DNA from: Sphingobacteriales bacterium
GTDB taxonomy: Bacteria > Bacteroidota > Bacteroidia > Chitinophagales > Chitinophagaceae
Length of the DNA stretch: 64,000 bases
NCBI GenBank assembly: GCA_016185185.1
Contig: JACPOD010000026.1
Location: 1,790 to 65,789, forward strand
Reading direction: 5' to 3'
The position numbers and the translations under genes were made by a program. How positions within the stretch are numbered: position 1 is the stretch's first letter; every line of letters begins with the position of its first letter. This document shows positions 9,894 to 19,269 of the stretch, piece after piece. Below the pieces are notes generated by a model. That model did not search any database and was not told the origin of the DNA. It saw only the letters and a program-made list of their open reading frames with translations.

Positions 9894-9935
9894 AAACTTA
9901 GAACTTAAAACCCAGAACTAAGAACTAAAAACTCA
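9894..9935 (-). repeat. heptad-phased array, 6 units of AGAACTA-type words (right arm, inverted relative to 9393-9455)
   Basis: Sequence reads aaactta gaactta aaaccca gaactaa gaactaa aaactca, the reverse-complement word set of the left arm. Confidence 0.9.
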
Positions 9936-9941
9936 AAACAT

Positions 9942-11924
9942 TCAATAATAGTACTTCCATCCATAAGCCTGGTAAATCTTTTTGGGTGAATAGATATTAC
10001 CTTCTTTGATGGTTAGATAAATGTTACGGATGTCTTTAATATTTTTCTTTGGATCGCCATCAATTAAAATAAGATTAGCGATTTTACCTGCTTCAATGGT
10101 TCCATACTTATCCAGCATGTTATATTGTTTTGCCGGAAAATAAGTTGCCATTCTTAATACATCGTAATTAGGTATTCCTATTTCACTGTAAATTTCTAAT
10201 TCATGCTGAAGGATGCCACCATCGGTGCCTGAAAGAATGGTGATGCCATTATCATACAAAGCCTTTAATAATTTCTTCATCACTTCGTAAGAATGTGCAT
10301 AGGATTTTGCATAGGATTCATCATCAATAAATCCACCCGTCATCGCATTTCTTTTATCATTTGCAGCCATGTATTTTGCAATGGGTACAAACGCTTTGGC
10401 AATTTTACCCGGCATATCGGTAAACATGTTCTCAAAAATGTTGATGGTTGGGTCAACGGAAATATTCTTATCGTTCATCTTCTGAATAAAACTTTTTACA
10501 ACATCACTATTAACATCAATAGTATTTCCTTTTTTGCCAACCAGTTTAAAACGGGTCATATTTCTTGTATCCACTGTATCTCCAAAAAAGTTTAGCATCA
10601 GCATATTCAAATGTGTTACTTCATTGTAACCGGCATCAATTGCCTGCGAAGCCGTCATAAAAGCCGGTATATGTCCGCAAACCCGCATGCCCAAACTATG
10701 TGCTTTATCTGCCAATGGTTTTACCCATTCAGGATTAATAGAACTGTAGAGTTTTATTTGCTGGCATCCTTTGTCGTGATATTTCTGCACCCATTGCAAA
10801 CCTTCATCCAGTGAATTTATTAATGCTCCGGTGGGTGCTGCAAATTCACCTGCTTTATCAATAAAACCGGAAATAACATTTATTTCCGGCCCAAGTATGC
10901 TGTCTTCTTCAATTCGCTTTTTAAGGTTCCATAATTCATCACCATTGCCCATATCTCTTAAGTTGGTAACACCCTGTGCAATCATTTGCGGACCAGCTTC
11001 CATAAAAAAGTGACCATGCATTTCCCATAAGCCAGGCATTAAAAATTTATTGGTGCCATCAACTATTTTATATCCTGCAGGTATTTTGATAAAAGAAGAG
11101 TTTCCCACTTTCTCGATGAGATTGTTTTTTATTAATACCGTTCCATTGATGAAAGTGCTTCCTTCGGCAGCATTAAATACCGTGACATTTTTTATAGCAA
11201 TCCCATTAGAATATTTTTCAGTGGCTGCTGCTGATAAATCAGTATAGAATTTTTTCTCAAACACTTTTTGAACTGACAGTAATTCATCAATGTTTTTTTC
11301 AAATCCTTTTTTGATAACCGACATCCAGTCGCTTAAACTGCCAAAGAAATTGCTGTTAACATCATACCATGTGTAAAATGGAGGTCCGCCCAACCCGGAA
11401 AAGCCGATTAACTGGATAGAAAGTTTACTGTTGTTATCATCAGTAACCGTTACTTCTTTTACTACTTTGAATTCAAGATTTCCGGAAGGGAGAATGCTGA
11501 TTTTTTTGGTGGGCGACTGTTTAAGCAGTTTTAATATTAACTCATTTTCAGCCGGTGTTCCGTTTATGTTTGAATACACTTCTCCTTTATAGGGAACCGT
11601 TTCATTTTCAAATTTATTTTTCCAGGAAGCTTTGCTTTTTTTTACTTCAAATCTTTCATCCACTTTAGTTTTATAATAATCTACACCAGTAATATGCTGC
11701 GTAATAATATTCCCTTTCGCATTGGTTGTGATGTGCGAGTTGATAGATGGGCCACGGCCACGGTCATTATACTCGTAGTGATAATAGAAATCATTACTGC
11801 CGTTTTTCCACGTAAGTTGCTTGCCCACAGGTTTGCCGAACCTTACTGCATTATAATAAGTGGTATCCTGTGCGGGGCAAAAATTAACAATGACCAGTGT
11901 AATAAACGAAAGAAGCAGTTTCAT
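9942..11924 (-). CDS. amidohydrolase family protein, exported
   Basis: Signal peptide MKLLLSFITLVIVNFCPAQ. The C-terminal half has metal-dependent hydrolase patterns (MPGLWEMHGHF, CGHIP, SGTDGG). Confidence 0.75.
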   Translation of the reverse strand: MKLLLSFITLVIVNFCPAQDTTYYNAVRFGKPVGKQLTWKNGSNDFYYHYEYNDRGRGPSINSHITTNAKGNIITQHITGVDYYKTKVDERFEVKKSKASWKNKFENETVPYKGEVYSNINGTPAENELILKLLKQSPTKKISILPSGNLEFKVVKEVTVTDDNNSKLSIQLIGFSGLGGPPFYTWYDVNSNFFGSLSDWMSVIKKGFEKNIDELLSVQKVFEKKFYTDLSAAATEKYSNGIAIKNVTVFNAAEGSTFINGTVLIKNNLIEKVGNSSFIKIPAGYKIVDGTNKFLMPGLWEMHGHFFMEAGPQMIAQGVTNLRDMGNGDELWNLKKRIEEDSILGPEINVISGFIDKAGEFAAPTGALINSLDEGLQWVQKYHDKGCQQIKLYSSINPEWVKPLADKAHSLGMRVCGHIPAFMTASQAIDAGYNEVTHLNMLMLNFFGDTVDTRNMTRFKLVGKKGNTIDVNSDVVKSFIQKMNDKNISVDPTINIFENMFTDMPGKIAKAFVPIAKYMAANDKRNAMTGGFIDDESYAKSYAHSYEVMKKLLKALYDNGITILSGTDGGILQHELEIYSEIGIPNYDVLRMATYFPAKQYNMLDKYGTIEAGKIANLILIDGDPKKNIKDIRNIYLTIKEGNIYSPKKIYQAYGWKYYY

Positions 11925-12030
11925 ATTAGTTGGTTTATGCACAAAAGGTAGGAAGTTTTTCAGAATCTGCTTTTATTTCCTTTCATACTTTTTCTGCTTC
12001 CATCTCTGGGCTATTAATTAACTTCGCCGC

Positions 12031-12669
12031 ATGTACAGTTTGCCTTACTTCAAAGAAAATGATGCGGCCGTGGTGCTGCAATTTATAAAGGATAATCCTT
12101 TTGCTTTTTTATGTGGTGTGGATAAGGATAATAAGCCTGTTGCATCGCAGATACCGGTTTTTATTGATGAGAGAGATGGAAAGTTATTTCTCACCGGTCA
12201 TATTATGCGGAGCACAGACCATCATAAAGCATTTGAAGTAAATCCAAATGCACTGGCGGTTTTTACCGGTGCACATACTTATGTAAGTGCAGGCTGGTAC
12301 ACGGAACCTAAACAGGCAAGTACCTGGAACTATATGAGTGTGCATGCAAAAGGTGTATTGCGTTTTTTGAGTTATGATGAATTGCTGGAAGTATTAAAAA
12401 GAACTACCAATCATTTTGAAAACAACCCGCATTCACCGGCTAATTTTGAAGCATTGCCTGAAGATTATGTGCATCGTCTTGCCAAAGCTATTATTGCATT
12501 TGAAATAGAAGTTAAAGAAATGGATAATGTATTTAAGCTGAGTCAGAACAGAGATGAAAAAAGTTATCACAACATCATGCATAAATTACAGGAGCAGAAA
12601 GGAGATGGGGAGGTGATTGCAGAAGTGATGAGCAGAAGAAAAGACATGCTGTTCGATACTTCAGAATAA
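12031..12669 (+). CDS. FMN-binding negative transcriptional regulator (PaiB family)
   Basis: 212 aa. The patterns PFAFL...HIMRSTDHHK and FKLSQNR are typical of the PaiB family. Confidence 0.75.
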   Translation: MYSLPYFKENDAAVVLQFIKDNPFAFLCGVDKDNKPVASQIPVFIDERDGKLFLTGHIMRSTDHHKAFEVNPNALAVFTGAHTYVSAGWYTEPKQASTWNYMSVHAKGVLRFLSYDELLEVLKRTTNHFENNPHSPANFEALPEDYVHRLAKAIIAFEIEVKEMDNVFKLSQNRDEKSYHNIMHKLQEQKGDGEVIAEVMSRRKDMLFDTSE

Positions 12670-12717
12670 CTGCTCCTTTTATAAGTTTATTTTGTAATTT
12701 TATAGAAATCGTTTCGT

Positions 12718-13095
12718 ATGTCAGTTATAAAAATCCCGTTATTATTTATTGGCTCTAAAGGAGAGAAAAACCTGTACACTCTTTTTGATAGCGGGGCAAA
12801 TCTTTCCTGTGTGCATCCCGAATTTGTAAAAGACGTAGCTGAAGCTCAACACCTGGGGAGAATAAGAAAGATTTCTACAGCCAGCGAGGGGCATTTTATA
12901 GAAGTAAGTTATCGGGTGGTTTTAGATTTTTATATTAATGATGTATTATTAAGTGATGAATTTTTGGTAGTGCCGGGTTTAAGCGAAGAAGCTATCATCG
13001 GCGCAGCTACTTTACAAAAATGGAGGATCAAACTAAATTTTGAAGACGATAAAGTGGAGGTTGATCCTAAAGTAGCAAAACTTCAGTTGATTTAA
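12718..13095 (+). CDS. retropepsin-like (clan AA) aspartic protease, single domain
   Basis: LFDSGANLS contains the D-S-G-A active-site motif. AIIGAATLQKW is a flap/dimer motif. Length is 125 aa. Confidence 0.7.
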   Translation: MSVIKIPLLFIGSKGEKNLYTLFDSGANLSCVHPEFVKDVAEAQHLGRIRKISTASEGHFIEVSYRVVLDFYINDVLLSDEFLVVPGLSEEAIIGAATLQKWRIKLNFEDDKVEVDPKVAKLQLI

Positions 13096-13107
13096 TATCT
13101 TGCCTCA

Positions 13108-14391
13108 ATGCAGTTTCAAAATACTATTCAATTTTCTCAATCTTTAGATGAACAGGATGTATTAAGAAAGTTTCGTAATGAATTTATTATTCCTGTAGAG
13201 AACGGGAAAGAGCAAATTTATTTTTTAGGAAATTCTCTCGGACTACAACCCAACCAAACTGCTGCTTATATTCAAAAGATATTAGATGGCTGGTCAAAAC
13301 ACGGTGTAGAATCTTTTTTTATGGGCGATGACCCATGGATGGATTATCATGCGCATCTCACTAAAACATTTTCAATCATATTGGGAGCAAAGCCATCAGA
13401 GATTACAGTGATGAACAATCTTACGGTGAATCTGCATTTGATGATGGTGAGTTTTTATCGTCCGCAGGGAAAAAGAAATAAAATTATTTGTGAAGGCAAA
13501 GCTTTTCCCAGTGACCAGTATATGTTGGAATCGCATATCAAACATCATGGCTTTAATCCTGATGAGGCGCTGATTGAAATCAATTCACGGGATAGAGAAC
13601 ATTGCTTGCATACAGAAGATATTCTGCAAGCCATTGATGAGCATAAAGATGAACTGGCATTAATCTTATTTGGTGGCATCAACTATTATACCGGCCAGGT
13701 TATGGATATGAAAACAATTACTGAAGCCGGGCACAAAGCCGGAGTAAAAGTTGGTTTTGATTTGGCGCATTGTGCCGGTAATATTCCATTGCAATTACAT
13801 GAATGGGATGTTGATTTTGCCTGCTGGTGTAATTACAAGTATTTGAATTCAGGTCCCGGTGCTGTGGGTGGTGCTTATGTGCATGAACGGTTTCATACAG
13901 ACAAAAACATTAATCGTTTTGCCGGTTGGTGGGGTTATAAAAAAGAAACCCGTTTCAAAATGGAAAAAAGGTTTCAGCCAATAACATCAGCTGAAGGATG
14001 GCAACTGAGTACTCCGCACATGATGTTGTGGGCGGCCGTTCGGTCTTCTATGGATATTATTGAAAGAGCCGGATGGGACAGAATGCAGAAGAAAAGAAAA
14101 TCATTGAATGCTTATTTATGGTTTGTGCTGGATGAAATCAATGCTTCACAAAAAGAAAAGCAAATTGAATTTATTACCCCAAGAGAAGAAGAGCAGCATG
14201 GATGCCAGGTATCGATGCTGATGCTGCAGAAAGGAAAAGAAGTATATGATAAATTGATGAGCAACGGCATTTATGTGGACTGGCGGGAGCCGAATGTAAT
14301 CCGGTTGGCACCTGTTCCATTGTATAATACATTTGAGGAAGTCTGGAAATTTGGTAATACTTTGCATTTAATTTTACAAGGAGATATATAA
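13108..14391 (+). CDS. kynU: kynureninase
   Basis: 427 aa with FAGWWG and the PLP-region pattern [16 protein letters not shown]. Confidence 0.9.
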   Translation: MQFQNTIQFSQSLDEQDVLRKFRNEFIIPVENGKEQIYFLGNSLGLQPNQTAAYIQKILDGWSKHGVESFFMGDDPWMDYHAHLTKTFSIILGAKPSEITVMNNLTVNLHLMMVSFYRPQGKRNKIICEGKAFPSDQYMLESHIKHHGFNPDEALIEINSRDREHCLHTEDILQAIDEHKDELALILFGGINYYTGQVMDMKTITEAGHKAGVKVGFDLAHCAGNIPLQLHEWDVDFACWCNYKYLNSGPGAVGGAYVHERFHTDKNINRFAGWWGYKKETRFKMEKRFQPITSAEGWQLSTPHMMLWAAVRSSMDIIERAGWDRMQKKRKSLNAYLWFVLDEINASQKEKQIEFITPREEEQHGCQVSMLMLQKGKEVYDKLMSNGIYVDWREPNVIRLAPVPLYNTFEEVWKFGNTLHLILQGDI

Positions 14392-15242
14392 TGAATCGTC
14401 AACAACTGGTTGAGCAAATTTTCAAAAAACAATCTTACCTCTGTGTGGGATTAGATACAGACATTGCTAAAATTCCTAAGCATTTATCATCACACCCCGA
14501 CGCAATATTTGAATTCAATAAACAAATCATTGATGCTACGAGAGATTTATGTGTAAGTTATAAAATCAATACCGCTTTTTATGAAGCATTAGGATTGAAA
14601 GGATGGGAGGCAATGGAGAAGACGGTTAATTATATCGGTAATGAACATTTTAAAATTGCGGATGCTAAAAGAGGCGATATTGGTAACACTTCTTCACAAT
14701 ATGCCAAAGCTTTTTTAGAAACACTTCCTTTCGATTCCATCACCGTCGCTCCATATATGGGTGAAGACAGTGTAAAACCATTTCTGCAATATGAAGGTAA
14801 ATGGGCGATTGTACTTGGTTTGACTTCCAATAAAGGTGCTAATGATTTTGAGCTCAAACAAATCATCACCGAAAATGGCGAAGAACATTTAAGAGCGGAG
14901 TATTTGTATGAAAGAGTTTTAAGAACGGTTGCTCACTGGGGTTCACCGGATAATTTAATGTTTGTAGTAGGCGCCACGCAAGCAGAAGAGTTTGTGAATA
15001 TTCGCTCCATTACACCCAATCATTTTTATTTAGTTCCCGGTGTAGGTGCACAGGGCGGAAGTCTAAAAGATATTTCAGAGAAAGCAATGATAAAAGATTG
15101 CGGCATATTAGTAAATGCCAGTCGTGCTATCATTTATGCATCAGAGAAAGAAGATTTTGCTGAGGAAGCAAGAACTATTGCCCAGCAATACCAATATGAA
15201 ATGAAAGGATACTTGCCCCCTGCCCCTAAAGGGGTGTTATGA
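14391..15242 (+). CDS. pyrF: orotidine 5'-phosphate decarboxylase (type 2)
   Basis: LCVGLDTD and [13 protein letters not shown] motifs. The last roughly 10 codons (LPPAPKGVL) are encoded by a GC-hairpin repeat module. Confidence 0.9.
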   Translation: MNRQQLVEQIFKKQSYLCVGLDTDIAKIPKHLSSHPDAIFEFNKQIIDATRDLCVSYKINTAFYEALGLKGWEAMEKTVNYIGNEHFKIADAKRGDIGNTSSQYAKAFLETLPFDSITVAPYMGEDSVKPFLQYEGKWAIVLGLTSNKGANDFELKQIITENGEEHLRAEYLYERVLRTVAHWGSPDNLMFVVGATQAEEFVNIRSITPNHFYLVPGVGAQGGSLKDISEKAMIKDCGILVNASRAIIYASEKEDFAEEARTIAQQYQYEMKGYLPPAPKGVL

Positions 15243-15842
15243 AATTAATTGTGGAATTATTTTTTCTGAAAGTTTGATTGCCCACTTTGAGTATTCTTTA
15301 TCGGAAGGATGTAGTTTATCAGCAGCTAAAAATGCTTCTTTATTCCCGTCGTTTCTTTGTGAAGGGGTGATGTTGATGAAATGACTTCCGTAATTTAATG
15401 CCGCAGATTCGCAGATTTGATTATATGCGTCTATTTCAGTTGCAATTTGCTTTTGATTTCTTTCAGCAGCAAAGGGCGTTACTCCCCAATCAGGAATGGA
15501 TAGGACTATTACTTTTTCAGCATTTTCACCGGATAAGTGTATTGCTTTCTTCAATAAAAAATCAAAATCATTTTTAAAACCCTCAATGGATAAGCCACGA
15601 TATTGATTATTGACACCAATTAACAAGGTGACAAAATCATATTGTTTTTCTAATTGTGTATGAATTAAATGTTCCGCTAATTCAAATGTTGTCCAGCCTG
15701 TTTTAGCAATAATTTCAGGTGCATGAAAATGTAAACCTGCTTTGCGGAGTAGTTGAATAGTTTGGTAAGGAAAACTTTCATGCAAAGGAACTAATTCCCC
15801 AATGGTATAACTATCGCTCAGGCAAAGCAATGTGTTTGTCAT
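15237..15842 (-). CDS. SGNH/GDSL-type hydrolase
   Basis: [11 protein letters not shown] is block I with the catalytic Ser. GVNNQ matches block III. DKLHPS matches block V. Confidence 0.7.
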   Translation of the reverse strand: MTNTLLCLSDSYTIGELVPLHESFPYQTIQLLRKAGLHFHAPEIIAKTGWTTFELAEHLIHTQLEKQYDFVTLLIGVNNQYRGLSIEGFKNDFDFLLKKAIHLSGENAEKVIVLSIPDWGVTPFAAERNQKQIATEIDAYNQICESAALNYGSHFINITPSQRNDGNKEAFLAADKLHPSDKEYSKWAIKLSEKIIPQLIS

Positions 15843-15880
15843 AATACAAAATTAGGAAAGTCATAAGCTATTAGCTTCAG

Positions 15881-15925
15881 GCTACAAGCAAAACAACCAC
15901 AAACTACAAACCACAAACCATAAAC
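15881..15925. repeat. heptad-phased array (ACAAACC-type words)
   Basis: Sequence reads gctacaa gcaaaac aaccaca aactaca aaccaca aaccata, abutting the stop of the 15926 gene. Confidence 0.75.
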
Positions 15926-16345
15926 TTATTCGGGTTTTCCCGGTTTAAAACTTCCCATTGGTGCCGTGTACCAGGGATGAATATCGTATGCTAATCTTCC
16001 CGCAGCAATGGCAGGATCTGTATCGAGCAGTTTCTTTACTTCTTCTTCTGTTTCACAATCGAAAATAAAAATGACCCGCCAGTTACCATCATCACCAAAC
16101 GGACCGGCAACTTTTAATTTTCCTTCTTTGTACAAACGGCCTATGTTTGCCATATGACCTTCCTGTAGTTTAGCGGCAGTAACAGAATCCTGTGAACGGT
16201 TAGTTCCTTTCAATAACATTACCAAATAATATTTCCGTATTTGCTCTTCAGGATTCTTTTCTTTTTTAGCTGTTTGTTGTGCTGTGCCTGCTATTGCGAA
16301 AAGCAAAACGACAGATAATAATGCGGCCGGTAGTGAATGTTTCAT
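15926..16345 (-). CDS. exported YciI-like domain protein
   Basis: Signal peptide, then HMANIGRLYKEGKLKVAGPF and DPAI..G patterns that resemble the YciI/DGPF fold. Confidence 0.45.
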   Translation of the reverse strand: MKHSLPAALLSVVLLFAIAGTAQQTAKKEKNPEEQIRKYYLVMLLKGTNRSQDSVTAAKLQEGHMANIGRLYKEGKLKVAGPFGDDGNWRVIFIFDCETEEEVKKLLDTDPAIAAGRLAYDIHPWYTAPMGSFKPGKPE

Positions 16346-16527
16346 AATTGAAATATAAAAAAAGATTCTGTTTCAGTAAAACAAGAAAGGATGAAACTAT
16401 ACTATTCAATGATGGCTGTAAATAAAAAGTGTCCAACATCCCGTTGAACCCCCTTATTTACGACTTGTATGTACTTGTTACTTTGCGAATAGCAAAAGGA
16501 AGTGATGTGCAAAAAATATACAATATC

Positions 16528-16737
16528 TTATTTAAAGATACTATCACAAAGATTTGCACAATAAATTCCGGCCTGTTTATCGCAATAGCTTTTACTAAGG
16601 CCTGCATCTGAACATCCGCCATAGTACTGTACATAGCAATTAGTTTTGCATGTTAAACCTGGATCAGTAACACCGCCATTAATGTTTTTCATTTCATTTC
16701 TTGAGAGTGGTTCACCAATTAATTTAATTTTTTTCAT
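16528..16737 (-). CDS. double-glycine-leader peptide precursor, Cys-rich core (putative bacteriocin/RiPP-like)
   Basis: Leader MKKIKLIGEPLSRNEMKNINGG fits the bacteriocin-type LSxxEMKxIxGG signal. The 47-aa core has 6 Cys. Confidence 0.6.
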   Translation of the reverse strand: MKKIKLIGEPLSRNEMKNINGGVTDPGLTCKTNCYVQYYGGCSDAGLSKSYCDKQAGIYCANLCDSIFK

Positions 16738-16850
16738 GTTTAATTAACTAAAGTTTAAAAGTTGTTATGCTATAAAGCTATTGCAATTAAAATAAAAAAT
16801 TGAATTTTTAAGGTTGTAAAATACAACCACGGTTGGTATCTTTTTAGGAC

Positions 16851-17882
16851 TTAAGATATTTTTATTGTACCAAAGCTGGATTTTACTTTAATTCTTACAT
16901 CACCATTACCAATCTTACCGGAATATTTATGGTCAAACTTTGGTCCATGGTCATCATCATCTTCTTTTTCTTCTTCTATTTTGGCACTGGAATGATTTTT
17001 AAAATCTCCAAAGCTTGTTTTGATATCAAATTCAGCAGAAATGTCTTTTGATAATTCCAATTCTATAGTTGAATACGAATTATACAACTTTAGCCCTTTT
17101 AAAGTATTATCAAGATTGATGTAAGCACCAGCACCAAATTCAAAATTTAAGATTATGTTTCCTGACAGATGGTGTAGCTTTACTTTTTCAGTTGAAAAAC
17201 TAATTTTCACTTCGCCGCCGTTTATGTGTTCAATATCACCCTTACCAAACTCCACACTTACTTCTTTGTTGTTGCTGAGCTTACCACATTTCAAACTTCC
17301 GAATTTGCTGGCAATTTCTGCTTCACCGGTTAAATCAGGTACAATCATAGAGCCAAATGAATTCATTGCTTCTATAGGGTTACCCGCCGGCATATATACA
17401 ATCATATTTATTTCCATGCTGGTACTGTAACTTTTATGCTTGCTTTTACTTTTGTTGTTATCATTGTCATCGTCGTCATCATCGCCATTTTCGTTGTCGT
17501 TATTATTATTGTTTTTATTTTTCCAGTTACCTCTTTTATCATTCATGCTGGTTCTGAAGTAAACACTATTAGCTTCTTTGCCTTCTTCAAACTTAATATT
17601 GTCTAACAATTGTTTTGCCCTTTCTTCTGTGTTGGCTTTAACTGTTATATCCACATCTACCTTTACTTCGCTCTTATCCCAGGTAATGATTTTCATTTCA
17701 CCAAAGGAATTTTCCAGTTTAATTTTAGTGCTGGCAGAAACGGGATAACTTTTAGAATAGTTTTTCTTCTTCTCTACTTTAAAGTCACCATCATCATGTG
17801 CTTTTACTAATGCGGGAGCAAATAATAAGGCTGAAAAAAGCAAGTACAAAGGGCCATTTTTAAATTGTTTTAGAGATTTCAT
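16851..17882 (-). CDS. DUF4097-like beta-strand repeat protein, exported, with N/D-rich low-complexity insert
   Basis: Signal peptide and repeated beta-strand segments. The tract NKNNNNNDNENGDDDDDDNDNN is present. It is the last gene of the sigma/anti-sigma operon. Confidence 0.55.
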   Translation of the reverse strand: MKSLKQFKNGPLYLLFSALLFAPALVKAHDDGDFKVEKKKNYSKSYPVSASTKIKLENSFGEMKIITWDKSEVKVDVDITVKANTEERAKQLLDNIKFEEGKEANSVYFRTSMNDKRGNWKNKNNNNNDNENGDDDDDDNDNNKSKSKHKSYSTSMEINMIVYMPAGNPIEAMNSFGSMIVPDLTGEAEIASKFGSLKCGKLSNNKEVSVEFGKGDIEHINGGEVKISFSTEKVKLHHLSGNIILNFEFGAGAYINLDNTLKGLKLYNSYSTIELELSKDISAEFDIKTSFGDFKNHSSAKIEEEKEDDDDHGPKFDHKYSGKIGNGDVRIKVKSSFGTIKIS

Positions 17883-18621
17883 TTGCTTTATCTTTTTTAG
17901 TTTTATTTAATTGACGCACCACCTTTAATTGTTCGTTTAATAAGTCGATTTGCCATTGCAGATTTACAATCATTTTTTCAAGTAGTACTTCCTTGTTAGG
18001 ATTCGTCTTCATCTCATCTTTCAAATCATTGTAAGACTTATCCAGTTTGCTGTAATCTGCCACAAAATGCTCGTACAATTCGGGGCTGTATTTTTTAATC
18101 GTTATTAATTGCTTTTGTTTGTTATGTATGATTTTGGTAAAATGGACCAACACACCCATTTCATCATCTGCTTCTGTATTTTCATTTTTAGGGATATTGT
18201 TGCTGGCAAGCTCTGCTGGTTGCTGTTGTGGTGTTTCAGTGCCTTCAGCAGGTAGTTGTTTTGCTGTTGAAGTTTCTGGTGTAACAGCAGTAACATTTGT
18301 TTTAGGTTGCTCAGTTGTTTTTGCTACGGTGTCTTCAGTTGGGTTATCCGTATTCTTGTTAATCATTTTAATTGTTATCAAACCAACTGCTAAAATAACT
18401 GCTGCAGCTGCCGCCATCTTCACCCATCTCATTTCTATTACGAGTGATTTTCCTGCAGTGCTGCCACCTGCGTTAAAATTTCGGCGCACAGTTTTTTTGG
18501 GTTGAATTTGCTGTTCTATCTTATCCCACAAACCAGCCGGAACAGGCGCATCATCAAATTCATCCCGGTTATTTTTTACAAACCCTTCCAGTTCATTACT
18601 CGTGTTATCCATGTTACTCAT
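17860..18621 (-). CDS. anti-sigma factor (single-pass membrane protein)
   Basis: Its start overlaps the upstream ECF sigma gene by 4 nt. It has one central TM helix (MAAAAAVILAVGLITI) and a Pro/Thr/Glu-rich linker. Confidence 0.55.
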   Translation of the reverse strand: MSNMDNTSNELEGFVKNNRDEFDDAPVPAGLWDKIEQQIQPKKTVRRNFNAGGSTAGKSLVIEMRWVKMAAAAAVILAVGLITIKMINKNTDNPTEDTVAKTTEQPKTNVTAVTPETSTAKQLPAEGTETPQQQPAELASNNIPKNENTEADDEMGVLVHFTKIIHNKQKQLITIKKYSPELYEHFVADYSKLDKSYNDLKDEMKTNPNKEVLLEKMIVNLQWQIDLLNEQLKVVRQLNKTKKDKANEISKTI

Positions 18622-19244
18622 AGCATTACTCTTTGTTTTAACTGTTGTAACAATTTTTGTTTTGCTCTCATGTATTGTGTGCGGGCCGTGCTGTGCGAAA
18701 TATTCAGCGTGGTGGCCACTTCTTCGTGACTGTAATCTTCCAGTAAATACAAACTGAGGACGGTTCTGTAGCCTGCCGGTAAATCATTGATCGCCTTTTT
18801 TACTTCATCTACTTTAAATTCAAACTCTGCTTCGTTTATCGGTTCGTCATCACTCAGGTTGGTATGTACATTATCAATATCCAGTACGTTTATTTTTTTC
18901 CGTTTAATGCTGTTGATGGATTTATTCACCACTATCCTTTTTAACCAGGCCCCAAAACTGCTTCGCCCTTCAAATCCGCCGATGTGTTTAAAAGCATCTA
19001 TAAAAGCTTCCTGTATCACATCTTCTGCTTCGGCTGTATTGTTTACGATACGCAGGCTGGTATTGTACATAGCCTTTGCATATTTGTTATACAATTGTCT
19101 GTAGCTCGTGGCATCACCCTGCTTGCATCGTTCTACCAATTCGTCGTAATAATCTGTCTTAGTAAGCTCCAATCGTCTGGTTTTATTCGGTTTACAGTAT
19201 AAGGACATCCACTTACATGGACTGTTGCATAAAAGGTCGAACAT
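18618..19244 (-). CDS. ECF-type RNA polymerase sigma-70 factor
   Basis: Region 2 is AEDVIQEAFIDAF and region 4 is YRTVLSLYLLEDYSHEEVATTLNISHSTARTQ. An alternative ATG is at 19208. Confidence 0.85.
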   Translation of the reverse strand: MFDLLCNSPCKWMSLYCKPNKTRRLELTKTDYYDELVERCKQGDATSYRQLYNKYAKAMYNTSLRIVNNTAEAEDVIQEAFIDAFKHIGGFEGRSSFGAWLKRIVVNKSINSIKRKKINVLDIDNVHTNLSDDEPINEAEFEFKVDEVKKAINDLPAGYRTVLSLYLLEDYSHEEVATTLNISHSTARTQYMRAKQKLLQQLKQRVML

Positions 19245-19269
19245 TTTTTTCAGGATAGGAAATTTTAGT

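Larger units (their letters stand above)
9393..9935. mobile_element. candidate IVS-like cassette: four-helix-bundle gene bracketed by inverted heptamer arrays
   Basis: Inverted arms flank a single small gene that sits between convergent housekeeping genes. No transposase is present, so mobility is only inferred. Confidence 0.35.

Noticed and set aside
16429-16611. 60-aa plus-strand ORF overlapping the double-glycine peptide gene.
   Set aside because: It is antisense to a much better supported peptide gene with a textbook leader motif. It has no features of its own.
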